From: an uncultured Bacteroidales bacterium
Lineage (GTDB): Bacteria > Bacteroidota > Bacteroidia > Bacteroidales > F082
NCBI GenBank assembly: GCA_905234645.1
Contig: CAJOIS010000002.1
Coordinates: forward strand, 59,326 to 123,325
Direction: 5' to 3'
DNA: 64,000 nucleotides
Shown: piece after piece, positions 1 to 10,299 of the stretch
Position numbering within the stretch: position 1 is the first letter of the stretch
Layout of the letters: the number at the start of each line of letters is the position of its first letter
Made by a program: the position numbers and the translations under genes
The notes under the pieces: generated by a model
Told to the model about the DNA's origin: nothing
Database searches by the model: none
Seen by the model: the letters and a program-made list of their open reading frames with translations, nothing else

Positions 1-869
1 AAAGGGAACACCCTCTTTGCTTTCAAAGCGTCCAACGCCACTGATTTCTCGCCATAAAAACACTCACTGACATATCCTATGATTGAAAGCGCGGTCTGTG
101 CAATCATTCCTTCAAACCACCGCTTATCAGTAACATTCCGCATTTGTTCTTGCAACGAATCAATAAGCAACAACTTGTCATCAAGCACCTTCTTTTTTTT
201 CTTTTCATCAATGCTTTGCGTAATAGACCCAATGCGCATCAGATAATTATATACCATCAAATCCGTCGAGGTTACTCTGCGCGCCCTACATAACAAGCGT
301 GGGGTCCAGTCCGTGTCCTCAAAATAGATGCCTTCTTTGAAACGACATCCATCAAGCAAGTCGCGTCGTATTACAAACTGCCACGCGTAGCAGCCAAAGC
401 CCAAACGCTCGGTGAGGAAGGTCGGGCCGTCACACACCTCGTCGCGGTAGTCCACGAAAGGTTTGCTCACCTTGTTGGGTTCAAACGCCTCATAATGTTC
501 GTTGACGTTTCGGTAGTTGAAACGGAGTACCTCCAAGTCTTCGGCCTCCACCTTGTCGACCAAGGCCTTCAGCACCTTGGGTTCGAGAGAGTCGTCGGAG
601 TCGACGAACATGACATAGTTGCCTCGCGCCATGTCAATGCCGCTATTGCGAGCCGCGCTGAGTCCGCCGTTGGGTTGGTGCAACACAACGACATGAGGAT
701 GGCGCGAGGCATACGCATCGCAGATGGCTCCACACTGATCTGTGGAACCGTCATCCACCAAAACTATCTCATATTCGTCCTCCGTCAGGTCCTGGTCGAG
801 CAGGCTGTCGACGCATTTACGCAGATAAGGCTCGACGTTGTAGACGGGAACGACGACACTCAGTCTCAT
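1..869 (-). CDS. Glycosyltransferase family 2 (3' end runs off the window start)
   Basis: Absent from the ORF track because there is no stop codon in the window. My translation from the ATG at 869 reads MRLSVVVPVYNVEPYLRKCVDSLLDQDL..VLVDDGSTD..MFVDSDD, which are typical GT-A/GT2 motifs. The ATG directly follows the TAA of the upstream ORF (870-872). Confidence 0.8.
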   Translation of the reverse strand, partial: MRLSVVVPVYNVEPYLRKCVDSLLDQDLTEDEYEIVLVDDGSTDQCGAICDAYASRHPHVVVLHQPNGGLSAARNSGIDMARGNYVMFVDSDDSLEPKVLKALVDKVEAEDLEVLRFNYRNVNEHYEAFEPNKVSKPFVDYRDEVCDGPTFLTERLGFGCYAWQFVIRRDLLDGCRFKEGIYFEDTDWTPRLLCRARRVTSTDLMVYNYLMRIGSITQSIDEKKKKKVLDDKLLLIDSLQEQMRNVTDKRWFEGMIAQTALSIIGYVSECFYGEKSVALDALKAKRVFP

Positions 870-1301
870 TTATTCCATGCGGGCGATGCGGAGCATAGCC
901 ATCTCGATCATTCCGTCTTCAACCTCCTTAAGTTCTTCCCAAGGACCGACCTTCTCGCCCATCACTTCGCCTTCCAGACCTGTGTCGGCCATGTTCTTTC
1001 CGCCTTCGACTTTCCAATGGTTCTCGCCCATGAGCATCATGCCGTCTTTCAACGTGATTTGGCCCGACTTCACTGCGGCATCCACCTCTTCCTGGGTAGC
1101 CTCCTCAGGGATTGGGGTCAACAGGGTGATAGTTCCGTCTTCGGCGAAAACTATCTGCATCCTCCCCATCAGGCGCGTGTCCTTATCGGCATCGTCTCGG
1201 GAAAGAAGAACCTCGACATTTGTCCATTCAAAGCGTTCCGTTTCGTTGTTGAAGTCCGGCATTTGGGCGACTCTCCATTTTCCGACTAGATTTGTCATCA
1301 T
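870..1301 (-). CDS. Hypothetical acidic cytoplasmic protein (143 aa)
   Basis: Same strand as the locus and tightly packed (its TAA abuts the next ATG). Composition is balanced compared with the overlapping plus-strand ORFs. I recognise no family. Confidence 0.55.
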   Translation of the reverse strand: MMTNLVGKWRVAQMPDFNNETERFEWTNVEVLLSRDDADKDTRLMGRMQIVFAEDGTITLLTPIPEEATQEEVDAAVKSGQITLKDGMMLMGENHWKVEGGKNMADTGLEGEVMGEKVGPWEELKEVEDGMIEMAMLRIARME

Positions 1302-1337
1302 TGTACCCTTTCTTTTTTAATGGTTAATAGTTTAGTT

Positions 1338-2177
1338 TTATTTTAAAATATTGGTTTTCCTGTCTTTTCGCTGTTCCATCTTGAACAGAACGCGTTCGAT
1401 GAAGCCTGTCAGTTTCAATGCCCAGGGATGTCTTTCGAGCCTTTGGTAGCGTTCGATCGGGTCGGCATAGCGCTCATAATCGGCCAGCAGCGCAGCGGGA
1501 TAGGCCTGGCGCAGCACTGCCTCCCTTTCTTCCTTCACCAAAGCAGCATTGCTCTCGCTCACCCCGGTCATGTCGAACAAGGTAACGTTGATGTTGACAT
1601 ATTGGGGTTCCTCTCCTCCCTCAATGATGGCTTGCATGAACCATTTCCAGTCAGAAACGATCTTCAGGCTTTCGTCATAGTAGCCGTATTTGTTGAACAA
1701 GGTCCTACGGATATAGGTCGGATCATGGTTGAGCGTGCCCAGATAGAAAAGCAGGAAGGTGACCTCCTGGCCCCCAATGCCATTGTCGACATAACGCCGT
1801 CCATCGGGGAAGCACTTTATCATGTTGCCGTATAAGATAGAAGGCTCGCCCATCTTATCCAGAGCCTCAAGCATGCGTTCCGTCACATCGTCGGCAGCAA
1901 GGCTGTCGCCTGAGTTGAGAATCTGGATGTAGTCGCCCGAGGCCCTGCGGATGCCCTTGTTCATGGCGTTGTAGATGCCTGCGTCGGGCTCCGACACCCA
2001 TTTCAGGTGGGCGAATTGCGACTCATATTTCTTGACAATCTCAACGCTGTCATCGGTCGAGGCACCATCAATGACGATGTATTCAAACTCCTTGAAAGAC
2101 TGGCTGGCGACGCTTTGCAGGGTCTTCTCAAGACCTGTAGCGTTGTTTCGATTGATGGTGATGATGGAGAGTTTCAT
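1338..2177 (-). CDS. Glycosyltransferase family 2
   Basis: MKLSIITINRNNATGLEKTL..VIDGASTDDS..NSGD motifs. Paralogue of 13578-14393. Confidence 0.85.
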   Translation of the reverse strand: MKLSIITINRNNATGLEKTLQSVASQSFKEFEYIVIDGASTDDSVEIVKKYESQFAHLKWVSEPDAGIYNAMNKGIRRASGDYIQILNSGDSLAADDVTERMLEALDKMGEPSILYGNMIKCFPDGRRYVDNGIGGQEVTFLLFYLGTLNHDPTYIRRTLFNKYGYYDESLKIVSDWKWFMQAIIEGGEEPQYVNINVTLFDMTGVSESNAALVKEEREAVLRQAYPAALLADYERYADPIERYQRLERHPWALKLTGFIERVLFKMEQRKDRKTNILK

Positions 2178-2198
2178 GACGCAAATTCAGATCATCAT

Positions 2199-3341
2199 TC
2201 AAACATGTTGAAGCAACCATAAATGGAAAAACTTGTCATACACTTGATAGACACCTTTATCCATGGTCAATAAACCTTTATCAATCAATGCCGGCACCGC
2301 AGATTTCACAGAATTTGGAGAGACTAGCCCATACTTATACGCAAATCTTCCTGAAGTCAGATTCTCAGCCTTGCCCTCCTTCCCGATAGCCACAAGAACC
2401 TGGCTTTGCTTTTCAGGCAACTGATACAACAAATCCTCATAGATCAACGAAGAATCGTCTATAATACCCTGAATGGCAACGTTCACCATGTCAAGCCTGC
2501 AAATACCACCTTCGGGTGTACGTGAATAAAGCTCATTCATCACACGCTGCAGGTAATAAGTAACGCCATCAAATTGAGAATACAAAGTTTCCACAACAGA
2601 GGGGTCAAGGTCTTTTTCCCTATTCCTGAAATGCCACAGGCAAAAAGCTTTGTATTTTTCCAGCGGTATGAGTCTCAACCCATAAATAGTAACACTTTGG
2701 TAGAAAGGCCTAGCCGGAGACGTAAACATCGTCCCCATCAAATGCTGGCGCGAACCTGAAAAAACGAAGTTCGCATTACTACAATATTGCACATGCGTTC
2801 GCAAGGCCGCCTCAATGTTTTTGTCTTCGTACTTTGTGATTTGCTGGAATTCGTCTATGGCGACAAGGCAAGGTCTGTCAGCTTGTTGAAGATAAGCAAA
2901 TATTTCGTCCAGCGTTGTTGTTGGCGACTTGATCTCACCCACGCCCATAGTCCATGAAGGTAATCCATTAATGTCGAAACTAATGCCTGGCTTAACCGAG
3001 ACTAAGGCCGAAAGGAATTTCTCCCAAACCTTGCGCCCTTTGGGTTTCAATGTCTCAAGAATCACGCTTCCAAGTTTGCCAACCATCTCTGCCGCAGACT
3101 TGGTTGAGTAAATGTCAATGATAAAAGTATAATAATGATCGGCGAGGACAGGTTGTGCGAAGCAATGTCTCAGCAAATCGGTCTTCCCGTATCTGCGAGG
3201 CGAAATTAAGGCCACGTTGTTCCCATTCGTCAACAATCTGACAAGGTCTTCCGTCTCCTTTTCCCTATCACAAAAAAACGCTGGACCTATATATCCAGTT
3301 GTCACAAATGGATTATCCACAATAGTAGGGTTTGTTTTCAT
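2199..3341 (-). CDS. Stand-alone AAA/Arch_ATPase-type NTPase with C-terminal winged-helix (DUF234-like)
   Basis: Walker A is SPRRYGKT and Walker B is LVAIDEFQ. The MKTNPTIVDNPF start at 3341 is preferred over the track start at 3395. The gene is more AT-rich than its right-hand neighbour and is flanked by GT2 5' stubs. Confidence 0.7.
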   Translation of the reverse strand: MKTNPTIVDNPFVTTGYIGPAFFCDREKETEDLVRLLTNGNNVALISPRRYGKTDLLRHCFAQPVLADHYYTFIIDIYSTKSAAEMVGKLGSVILETLKPKGRKVWEKFLSALVSVKPGISFDINGLPSWTMGVGEIKSPTTTLDEIFAYLQQADRPCLVAIDEFQQITKYEDKNIEAALRTHVQYCSNANFVFSGSRQHLMGTMFTSPARPFYQSVTIYGLRLIPLEKYKAFCLWHFRNREKDLDPSVVETLYSQFDGVTYYLQRVMNELYSRTPEGGICRLDMVNVAIQGIIDDSSLIYEDLLYQLPEKQSQVLVAIGKEGKAENLTSGRFAYKYGLVSPNSVKSAVPALIDKGLLTMDKGVYQVYDKFFHLWLLQHV

Positions 3342-3425
3342 CTTAACTAATTCATCCTGCAAAAATACAATTTTTTTCCATAAAACGGAAATCATAAAAT
3401 GGAAAAAACACCTATTTTCCTCTCA

Positions 3426-3497
3426 AGCCACGCTCTGCAGGGTCTTTTCGAGGCCAGCGGCGTTGTTTCAGTTGATAGTAATGATAGAAAGGCGCAT
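3426..3497 (-). pseudogene. Orphan 5' stub of a GT2 gene (MRLSIITIN*NNAAGLEKTLQSVA*)
   Basis: The reverse complement reads ATGCGCCTTTCTATCATTACTATCAACTGAAACAACGCC... It is homologous to the first ~72 nt of gene 1338-2177 but is interrupted by TGA at codon 10. Confidence 0.7.
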
Positions 3498-3530
3498 ACA
3501 ACTCGACAAAACTACACTATTTCTTTCAAA

Positions 3531-4460
3531 TTATCTTGTAGGTTTATGAAAAGTCTCATACAAATAATCATCAAAACCTTTCTCATTCCTATCCAACAAC
3601 ACAAAAGAAGAAAACTCTGACAACAAAATTCTCTCACCTTTATACCTCATAACACGAAGAGGGACATGGCCGTAATAGGAAGACCATTGCGAAAAGGTAC
3701 TGGGAGGACCTATAATATAATCGCACCTACTCAACGCATATAAATCAGTCATACAATCAGAAGGAGACAATGGTTTTATTTGAAACATCTCCACCATTTC
3801 ATCCTTTATAGCAAACGGCTCGTTAGAACAAACCAAAAAACGATGTTTCGCTTCACCCAGGTTCATTAACTGAATATGTATTTGTTGAATAGCATCCCAA
3901 TAGGTCTCATCATCAAAATACCATTTCCCTCCAAAATAAGTCTTATAATCACCTCTTCTTACATGTACTCCTACAGTTAACCCATCATAGGAATCGAATT
4001 CCTTTTCAACATTGGCCACATAACTCTCATCAGGCATAAACATATCCAAGACAGCGGCCCTCTCTTCTTCAATATACGATATGTCATTTCTATGTTCCCA
4101 GCCATCTATACAACAAATCCCTCTCTTATCATCAATTTCAGCCAAATCACCATTCACAACATATTTTGGATTATTCGCCAATCTAACCATTGCTCTCTCA
4201 AACTTATTTCCAAGGTTTTTCTTTGAACTTTTTGTAAAACACATCATAAGCCTCTCCAAACTTTGTCGGCCATCATTGTCTTTTGACAGCAAAAACTTCA
4301 CATATGGATTATGCAAAATATTGGGGAAGTAATCCAAATACTCTTTTCGCTCAAACAAAACATACACTCTCTTTTTGTTATGTATTGCATATGAGATTGT
4401 TGGAAGCAACGAAAACAATCTATTGCACAATTGACCACTATGTTTTATTTGAAGAATCAT
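3531..4460 (-). CDS. GT11-like (alpha-1,2-fucosyltransferase-type) glycosyltransferase
   Basis: Has an HVRRGDY motif (HxRRxD) and an N-terminal GQLCNRLF motif resembling GGLGNQLF. Very AT-rich. Confidence 0.6.
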   Translation of the reverse strand: MILQIKHSGQLCNRLFSLLPTISYAIHNKKRVYVLFERKEYLDYFPNILHNPYVKFLLSKDNDGRQSLERLMMCFTKSSKKNLGNKFERAMVRLANNPKYVVNGDLAEIDDKRGICCIDGWEHRNDISYIEEERAAVLDMFMPDESYVANVEKEFDSYDGLTVGVHVRRGDYKTYFGGKWYFDDETYWDAIQQIHIQLMNLGEAKHRFLVCSNEPFAIKDEMVEMFQIKPLSPSDCMTDLYALSRCDYIIGPPSTFSQWSSYYGHVPLRVMRYKGERILLSEFSSFVLLDRNEKGFDDYLYETFHKPTR

Positions 4461-4493
4461 TTTTTTGTAATCAATAAAAATATGCCTATTTAT

Positions 4494-4568
4494 CTAATTC
4501 CACGTTTTCAATGTCTTCTCAAGACCTGCAGCGTTGTTTCGGTTGATGGTGATGATGGAGAGACGCAT
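4494..4568 (-). pseudogene. Orphan 5' stub of a GT2 gene (MRLSIITINRNNAAGLEKTLKTWN*)
   Basis: A 24-codon ORF. Its first ~57 nt are about 90 percent identical to the 5' end of gene 1338-2177. Homology ends at the hairpin GGTCTTGAGAAGAC. It starts 3 nt after the stop of the upstream gene. Confidence 0.7.
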
Positions 4569-4571
4569 AAA

Positions 4572-5387
4572 TCATTCTTTGATATAATCCTTCCAAAAAG
4601 TATCATATTGGTACTTGGCCCAAGCATGGCAACCGAATGGCAGCGCGCCCCTTATGGCAAAGACCTCAGAAGGGAATCTCTCGAATGCAAACGACAAAGC
4701 CTCTTCAACACTTGGCTTTGTCAATTCATAATTGGATCCCTCCAGCAGTCCCGACCAAAAATCATCCTCGTTATATTGCCAACGCTTGGCAACAGAATAA
4801 GGTTTGTTCCTCCATCCCATCGCCATCAGCAGCCAAACGAGCCACCTTGAATAGGGCTTCTCTTTGAGTCCTATCCGTTCGGTGAGGTCTCCCGTTTTGT
4901 ACACATACTTCTTCCCGTTGAAGAAATCCATAAAGGCCTTGACACGACGGAGCGAAAAACCGCCATTGCCTACACGTGCCTGGTCGCGGTGAAACTCTAC
5001 ATCTGAAAACCTTCCGAAAATCGGAGCACCCACATAGTCATAACCTTTGCCGCACCATTCCATCAACTCGTCACGGAACACGTATGCATCGGTTTGGCAA
5101 ATTAGGACATACTCATAGTCGGCAAAGCGAGTATAAAAGTCCTTCGACAGCATTAGTCGGTTGTAGCCCTTTATCCCGTCAAAGAAGTATGGTTCAAACC
5201 TTTCATAATGCAAAACCACGCCCTCCGAACTGGCGAGATTGTCATATTGAGATGCATCCATTCCTTTGGGGCATACCAAGACCAAAGGATATTGGCCCAA
5301 CACACGCATCGTTTGACGCAGGGAAATCTCTTCCCACTTGTCAAAACTTGGCTTATAGACGGGTATGACTATGACGACTTTTTGCAT
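4572..5387 (-). CDS. Putative glycosyltransferase, DUF5672-like
   Basis: VIVIPVYKPS..., YDYVGAPI and GNGGFSLRR motifs that I recall from DUF5672-type proteins in glycan loci. Confidence 0.55.
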   Translation of the reverse strand: MQKVVIVIPVYKPSFDKWEEISLRQTMRVLGQYPLVLVCPKGMDASQYDNLASSEGVVLHYERFEPYFFDGIKGYNRLMLSKDFYTRFADYEYVLICQTDAYVFRDELMEWCGKGYDYVGAPIFGRFSDVEFHRDQARVGNGGFSLRRVKAFMDFFNGKKYVYKTGDLTERIGLKEKPYSRWLVWLLMAMGWRNKPYSVAKRWQYNEDDFWSGLLEGSNYELTKPSVEEALSFAFERFPSEVFAIRGALPFGCHAWAKYQYDTFWKDYIKE

Positions 5388-6325
5388 CAGTGACGGAACA
5401 AAGCATCAATCAACTTGAGCACAACCCGCATAAGGATCGACTTCTTCTTCGGGTTGTAGTATCTTTGGAACACCGCCCAATCAAACAAAGCATCCCGACA
5501 CACGGGAACCGTTTTCATCGGCATCGGAATCGAATAAAGCGGAAAATTGGCAAGGCGCGACGCTCCCAAGGTATGGGTGCCTTCCTCGTCAAATCCAATA
5601 TTGGAGACTTGGTTCCGTGACGCTACAATTGTAAGCGTATTGTTCAAGGTCTTGGCAAAGAACCACTGGTAATCCCACATGTGGGTCTGCTTCTCGTCGC
5701 ACTTGTCGAAAATCTTCTTATAATACTCACGATATACCTTCTTACCCAAAGCCTCCTCAACGGTTTTCCTCCCCTCTTCGGTATGCCATGCCTTTATGTA
5801 GTAATCAAACGATTTCCACGCCCGCGCCCATGAAGCCCAGCAGCCTAATGTGCCCGCACCGACTGTGGCAAAAAGATAAGGCGCACGATGGCTACGCCAT
5901 TTCAAATGCAAGTTGGTGGCCGTAATAGCCGACACCCGACTATCATCTTTGTATCGATCCAAGAGACATTCATAATAGGCAAAAGCCGACGGCGAAAGCA
6001 CACAATCGTCTTCAACAATGATTCCCTGCTCCACTTGGCCAAAGAACCATGTGATGCCTGATGTCGGGCCTGGCCCACAGCCCAAATTCTTTTCAGAACT
6101 ATTGAGATGCAACCGAGTTTGCGTCCCTGCCGTCAATTCTTCAACCACTTGGCGTACCTCGGCACATTTCCTTATATCTTCTTCATTCCAATCGCGTGCA
6201 CCGTCCTGAAACACATACAAATCCTGAGGTCGGGCTATCATGATAGCCTCCAACGCTCGACGCGTATGCTCGGGGCGGTTGAAGGCAACCAAAAGAACAG
6301 GGGTATGGAAGGGGATCATTCCCAT
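5387..6325 (-). CDS. Nucleotide-diphospho-sugar transferase (GNT-I/GT-A-like)
   Basis: [20 protein letters not shown] plus an EDDC acidic motif. Overlaps its neighbours by a few nt, so it is packed as part of the operon. Confidence 0.55.
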   Translation of the reverse strand: MGMIPFHTPVLLVAFNRPEHTRRALEAIMIARPQDLYVFQDGARDWNEEDIRKCAEVRQVVEELTAGTQTRLHLNSSEKNLGCGPGPTSGITWFFGQVEQGIIVEDDCVLSPSAFAYYECLLDRYKDDSRVSAITATNLHLKWRSHRAPYLFATVGAGTLGCWASWARAWKSFDYYIKAWHTEEGRKTVEEALGKKVYREYYKKIFDKCDEKQTHMWDYQWFFAKTLNNTLTIVASRNQVSNIGFDEEGTHTLGASRLANFPLYSIPMPMKTVPVCRDALFDWAVFQRYYNPKKKSILMRVVLKLIDALFRH

Positions 6326-6981
6326 TTCTCAATCGTTTTGATGGGCTTGGCGGGATTGCCCGCCACCACCGTATTGCTTGGCACGTCTTTGGTCACCACC
6401 GAACCGGCGCCAATGATGGCACCGCTCCCTATGGTAACGCCTTTCAGCACCGTGACGTTCTTGCCAATCCAGACATGGTCGCCAATGACAATCGGCGCCA
6501 TCACCTTATCTTTTTTTCCGTCAATGCAATGCGTATCGGAATCAGCAATGCACACATTGTCTGAGATGGCGCAACCTTTGCCTATCTCGATATAATGGAA
6601 ACAATTCAAAGTGGCATTGGTATTGAGAAACGTACCTCCGTGCACCACCAGTTTGGCGCCTGGCGCCACGTAGATGGACGCGCCTTGGTAGAGTTTGAAG
6701 TCTCCCTCGCACACAAAAGTGCTGTCCCGGTCAAGTCTGAACTCAGAGACATAGCGACGCTTCCGCGTGGCAAACCAAGAATCGTTGACAACCAGTTCGC
6801 CAGATGCAAAACTCACCTTGGCAGTCTTGTCGATGTCGACAATCGACTTCGGACAAATATGGAACGAAGCCGCTCTGCCCAGATGCAGTTTCCTGCGCCA
6901 ACGGACAGACTTGTAGACATCAAATCTCTTGACAAACGCAATTGCCTTTACTATTTTCCTTTTCAAGCCCATAAGCATCAA
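6316..6981 (-). CDS. Left-handed beta-helix (hexapeptide) O-acetyltransferase
   Basis: C-terminal hexapeptide repeats: [38 protein letters not shown]. Confidence 0.8.
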   Translation of the reverse strand: MMLMGLKRKIVKAIAFVKRFDVYKSVRWRRKLHLGRAASFHICPKSIVDIDKTAKVSFASGELVVNDSWFATRKRRYVSEFRLDRDSTFVCEGDFKLYQGASIYVAPGAKLVVHGGTFLNTNATLNCFHYIEIGKGCAISDNVCIADSDTHCIDGKKDKVMAPIVIGDHVWIGKNVTVLKGVTIGSGAIIGAGSVVTKDVPSNTVVAGNPAKPIKTIEKWE

Positions 6982-7889
6982 GACAACCAGTTCCTACCTG
7001 ACAAAACATTAACTCTCCTGCTGTATTTAATAGCCTTGGCGTTCTTGCGCAAAAAGCAACAATCTTGCCAATGACTCTTCGCTTGTGACGTATTCAAAAG
7101 CAGGAGTTTGGACAACGCTTTTCTGAAATGATAGAAACACAATCTCCCAACGCTGACTTGTGAATTGATATCCGTGACTTCGGCCAACAATACGCTGTCT
7201 TTTGTTTGGACCTTTTTGTCTGTAGATGAAATACGACGCACCGTGTCGTGAACCGCGACACACATAGGGCATATTCCCGTTTTCATCTTATGGTATTTCA
7301 CTCTATGCAAATAATTGTCATCCTCGCCATAATGCGAAAAAATCGGATCAAAGCCGCCCACGGTCTCAAGTGTCTTTCTTGGCAACAGCCATGCCGCGGC
7401 ATTGACGTATCTCGTGTCATAGACCTCCTTTAGCCTGCCGAAATAAAGATCCTCAAACAATGCTTTATCGGTCACCCTACTGTCATCGAGGCATTTCACC
7501 AATCCCTTCTCCATCCCTGTCTTTTCCGCATTAAGATGTATCGGACTCAAAATACCGTATTCGGAGTGTTTCAGGTGAATATCAACCAATTTCTCAAGCG
7601 TATCCGCCTCCACCCATGCATCCTGATTGAGCAAGAACACATAGTCGCAACCATTTTCCAATGCATAGCGCATCCCAATATTGTTGGCCCTCCCGAACCC
7701 CAAGTTCTCCTTTGATTCAATCAGATGAATCTCCGGATAGTGTTCTTTGATGTATTCCGCCGTCCCGTCATTGGATGCATTGTCAACGACGACAGTCTGC
7801 ACTGGGATGGTGGACTCGCGCAACGAGGTGAAGCAACGATCGTACCATTGCTGGCCTTTATAGGTTACTATGATTACAAATAATTTCAC
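6978..7889 (-). CDS. Glycosyltransferase family 2 (rhamnosyltransferase-like)
   Basis: [23 protein letters not shown] motifs. Confidence 0.85.
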   Translation of the reverse strand: MKLFVIIVTYKGQQWYDRCFTSLRESTIPVQTVVVDNASNDGTAEYIKEHYPEIHLIESKENLGFGRANNIGMRYALENGCDYVFLLNQDAWVEADTLEKLVDIHLKHSEYGILSPIHLNAEKTGMEKGLVKCLDDSRVTDKALFEDLYFGRLKEVYDTRYVNAAAWLLPRKTLETVGGFDPIFSHYGEDDNYLHRVKYHKMKTGICPMCVAVHDTVRRISSTDKKVQTKDSVLLAEVTDINSQVSVGRLCFYHFRKALSKLLLLNTSQAKSHWQDCCFLRKNAKAIKYSRRVNVLSGRNWLS

Positions 7890-7899
7890 AACAATAGAG

Positions 7900-8853
7900 T
7901 TATCTCATACCAGCAAGAAGGCCGACCGAATCCAAATCATGGCACAGTTCCTTGGTAAACAATTCCGAGCCTTTCTTGTTCAGATGGTTGTAGTTATAAT
8001 AGTTGGAGCGGTCTTTGGTAATATCCGCATGGTAATAATCCAACACAGACACATTGTACCTCTTCGCTATTGCATCAAATATCGAATCAGTCACCCTGAG
8101 ATTACTTACCCTATCCACTATTGGATAACAAACAGGATACTTCACAAACACCAAAGGAATTCCTTCATTACAGCAATCCTCGGCAAAGTTCTCCAATTCA
8201 CGTACTTGTTTTTCGTCGATATCACTCTTCAAACTATCCTTCAGCATCTCTGTGGTTTCCCAACTATAGTCATTGCCTCTATAGCCCTTGTAAAGGCCAT
8301 CATCAGTAAATTCAGTTTTCCCGAAAAAAGATGCCAGCCCTGTCTCAACTTCCTCACGATAGCCAAAATACCTGTACAATGGGACATGCCGATCCATCCA
8401 AGTCAAGTGTTTCGTTTCGGCCACCAACCCCATCAATTCAGTATCATTTACATATGGAAAGAACTGTTCTCTCTCATATTGCACATCAGACATGATGTTA
8501 TAAGTACCAAAGAAACAAATATTGAGCAGTATGGTATGGGGTTTAGGATTAAAGCGCCTATAGATCTTGTAACGAATCAATTGAAACTGCAAAGAATGGC
8601 CGTCTATTCCAAGATTATACGAGTTAAGATTCAACATTGAATCCATCACATAAGTATTATAGCTACACCAAGCTTGCGAATTTCCCAACACAACCAAATC
8701 GGCATTGATTTCGTCCCCATAAATATCATTCCACGCAGCATATTTTCTCGTATTCACTTTTTTCAACCCCATGGTTATCATCACATCGACGGCCACTGCC
8801 AACAGCAGAAGTATCAACAACCACAAACAAAATCTACCAACGAACTGCTTCAT
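7900..8853 (-). CDS. Membrane-anchored SGNH-like protein, candidate DltD/AlgX-type acyl-transfer partner
   Basis: Has an N-terminal TM helix, block I-like VVLGNSQAW, GIDGHS and a C-terminal NHLNKKGSELF (block V-like). Sits directly downstream of the MBOAT gene. Confidence 0.5.
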   Translation of the reverse strand: MKQFVGRFCLWLLILLLLAVAVDVMITMGLKKVNTRKYAAWNDIYGDEINADLVVLGNSQAWCSYNTYVMDSMLNLNSYNLGIDGHSLQFQLIRYKIYRRFNPKPHTILLNICFFGTYNIMSDVQYEREQFFPYVNDTELMGLVAETKHLTWMDRHVPLYRYFGYREEVETGLASFFGKTEFTDDGLYKGYRGNDYSWETTEMLKDSLKSDIDEKQVRELENFAEDCCNEGIPLVFVKYPVCYPIVDRVSNLRVTDSIFDAIAKRYNVSVLDYYHADITKDRSNYYNYNHLNKKGSELFTKELCHDLDSVGLLAGMR

Positions 8854-8859
8854 TGTTCC

Positions 8860-10299
8860 TCAGAATTGGAAATAGATGAAACTCTCTGCATGACCGCCAA
8901 ACCAAAAGAGAGCGGCGACCAGCAAATAGTAGATGCCGAACTTCACGACATGGCTCTTCACGCCTCGCAAATCAAGCGCATGCTCTTTGTTGCGCTGCAG
9001 CCATTCGACAACAAAAAGAACCGTGATGCTTGCTAAAACAGGAATGTAATAGTGCCTTGTGTCAAGCCAAGGGATAGAGAAAAGACCATTTCCCAAAATA
9101 CCACTAAAATAACCCCAGGCTTGCGAAAGGCTTTCGGCTCTAAAAAGAATCAATCCGATACATATTATCATGAACGTTACCAGTCTCGAAACCCATTCGT
9201 AAGCCTTGTTATTCTTGAAGCCATGCTTCTTCTCAAAACGTTTCCTACCCTTGGCCGAATTCATCGAAATCACTATGAATATGCCCTGATAAAGGCCCCA
9301 CAACACAAAGGTCCAACCCGCGCCATGCCATAAGCCGCTGAGCAGGAACGTCACTATCATGCAGAGATTCCAGTATGCCAGTTTGTCGCTGGTGCCAATC
9401 ATCGGATAATACACATAATCCATAAACCATGTGGTCAACGAGATATGGTTGCGTTTCCAATAATCGGCAAAAGACGTGGCGAAATAGGGGTTGTTGAAGT
9501 TTCGCATCAGCCTAATGCCAAACAGTTTTGCCGTACCGATAGCAATGTCCGAATAACCAGAAAAATCACAATACAACTGGATGGCAAACAGGACTATGCC
9601 CAACACCAATGTGCTTCCACTTTGCGAGGCGAAATCAGGAAACACCCTATTCACATACACAGCGCAGTTGTCGGCCACCACCATTTTCTTGAACAGGCCC
9701 CAAAGCATCTGTCTCAAGCCATCGACCGCCAAATCGTAATCAAACTTTCTAGGCTTCTCAAATTGGGGCAACAGGTTGGTCGCCCGCTCAATGGGACCCG
9801 CCACCAACTGGGGGAAGAAACTCACGAAAGCAAAAAATTGCACAACATCCTTTGTCGGCTTCATTTTCCTTCTATACACGTCAATGCTATAACTTAACGC
9901 TTGAAAAGTATAGAAACTGATTCCCACGGGAAGGATGATATTGAGCAACAGCCCCTCTCTTTTTCCTCCGAGAAACACGTCGGCAAACGATCCAACAAAA
10001 AAGTCGTAATACTTGAAAATGCCGAGGATCAGCAGATTGAACACAATGTTCAAAACGCTCACCGCTTTCGCCTTTCTGGGCGTCTCCTTATACCTGTCAA
10101 TCAACAAACCGCTACCCCAACTGCAAAACGAGGTGAAGGCGATAAGGATGAGAAAACGCCAATCCCACCAGCCATAGAACACATAGGAAGCAATGACGAC
10201 AAACAGGTTTTGCAACTTCAGGTTCTTTGCAAACGCGAACCAATAAAGCAAAAACACTATCGGCAGAAAAATGGCGAATTCTATGGAATTGAACAGCAT
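8860..10299 (-). CDS. MBOAT family O-acyltransferase (AlgI/DltB-like)
   Basis: MLFNSIEFAIFLPIVFLLYW start, multi-TM, and the conserved His region LSGLWHGAGW. Confidence 0.85.
   Translation of the reverse strand: MLFNSIEFAIFLPIVFLLYWFAFAKNLKLQNLFVVIASYVFYGWWDWRFLILIAFTSFCSWGSGLLIDRYKETPRKAKAVSVLNIVFNLLILGIFKYYDFFVGSFADVFLGGKREGLLLNIILPVGISFYTFQALSYSIDVYRRKMKPTKDVVQFFAFVSFFPQLVAGPIERATNLLPQFEKPRKFDYDLAVDGLRQMLWGLFKKMVVADNCAVYVNRVFPDFASQSGSTLVLGIVLFAIQLYCDFSGYSDIAIGTAKLFGIRLMRNFNNPYFATSFADYWKRNHISLTTWFMDYVYYPMIGTSDKLAYWNLCMIVTFLLSGLWHGAGWTFVLWGLYQGIFIVISMNSAKGRKRFEKKHGFKNNKAYEWVSRLVTFMIICIGLILFRAESLSQAWGYFSGILGNGLFSIPWLDTRHYYIPVLASITVLFVVEWLQRNKEHALDLRGVKSHVVKFGIYYLLVAALFWFGGHAESFIYFQF

Noticed and set aside
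495-1320. Plus-strand ORFs 495-1289 and 877-1320
   Set aside because: They overlap a clear minus-strand GT2 gene (1-869) and the tightly coupled 143-aa minus-strand ORF. Their composition is implausible.
7870-8640. A 256-aa plus-strand ORF antisense to the SGNH-like gene, and likewise ORF 37762-38589 antisense to porX
   Set aside because: Both are antisense to genes with good motifs and operon context. The translations are Ile/Phe/His-rich or Val/His-rich with no motifs.
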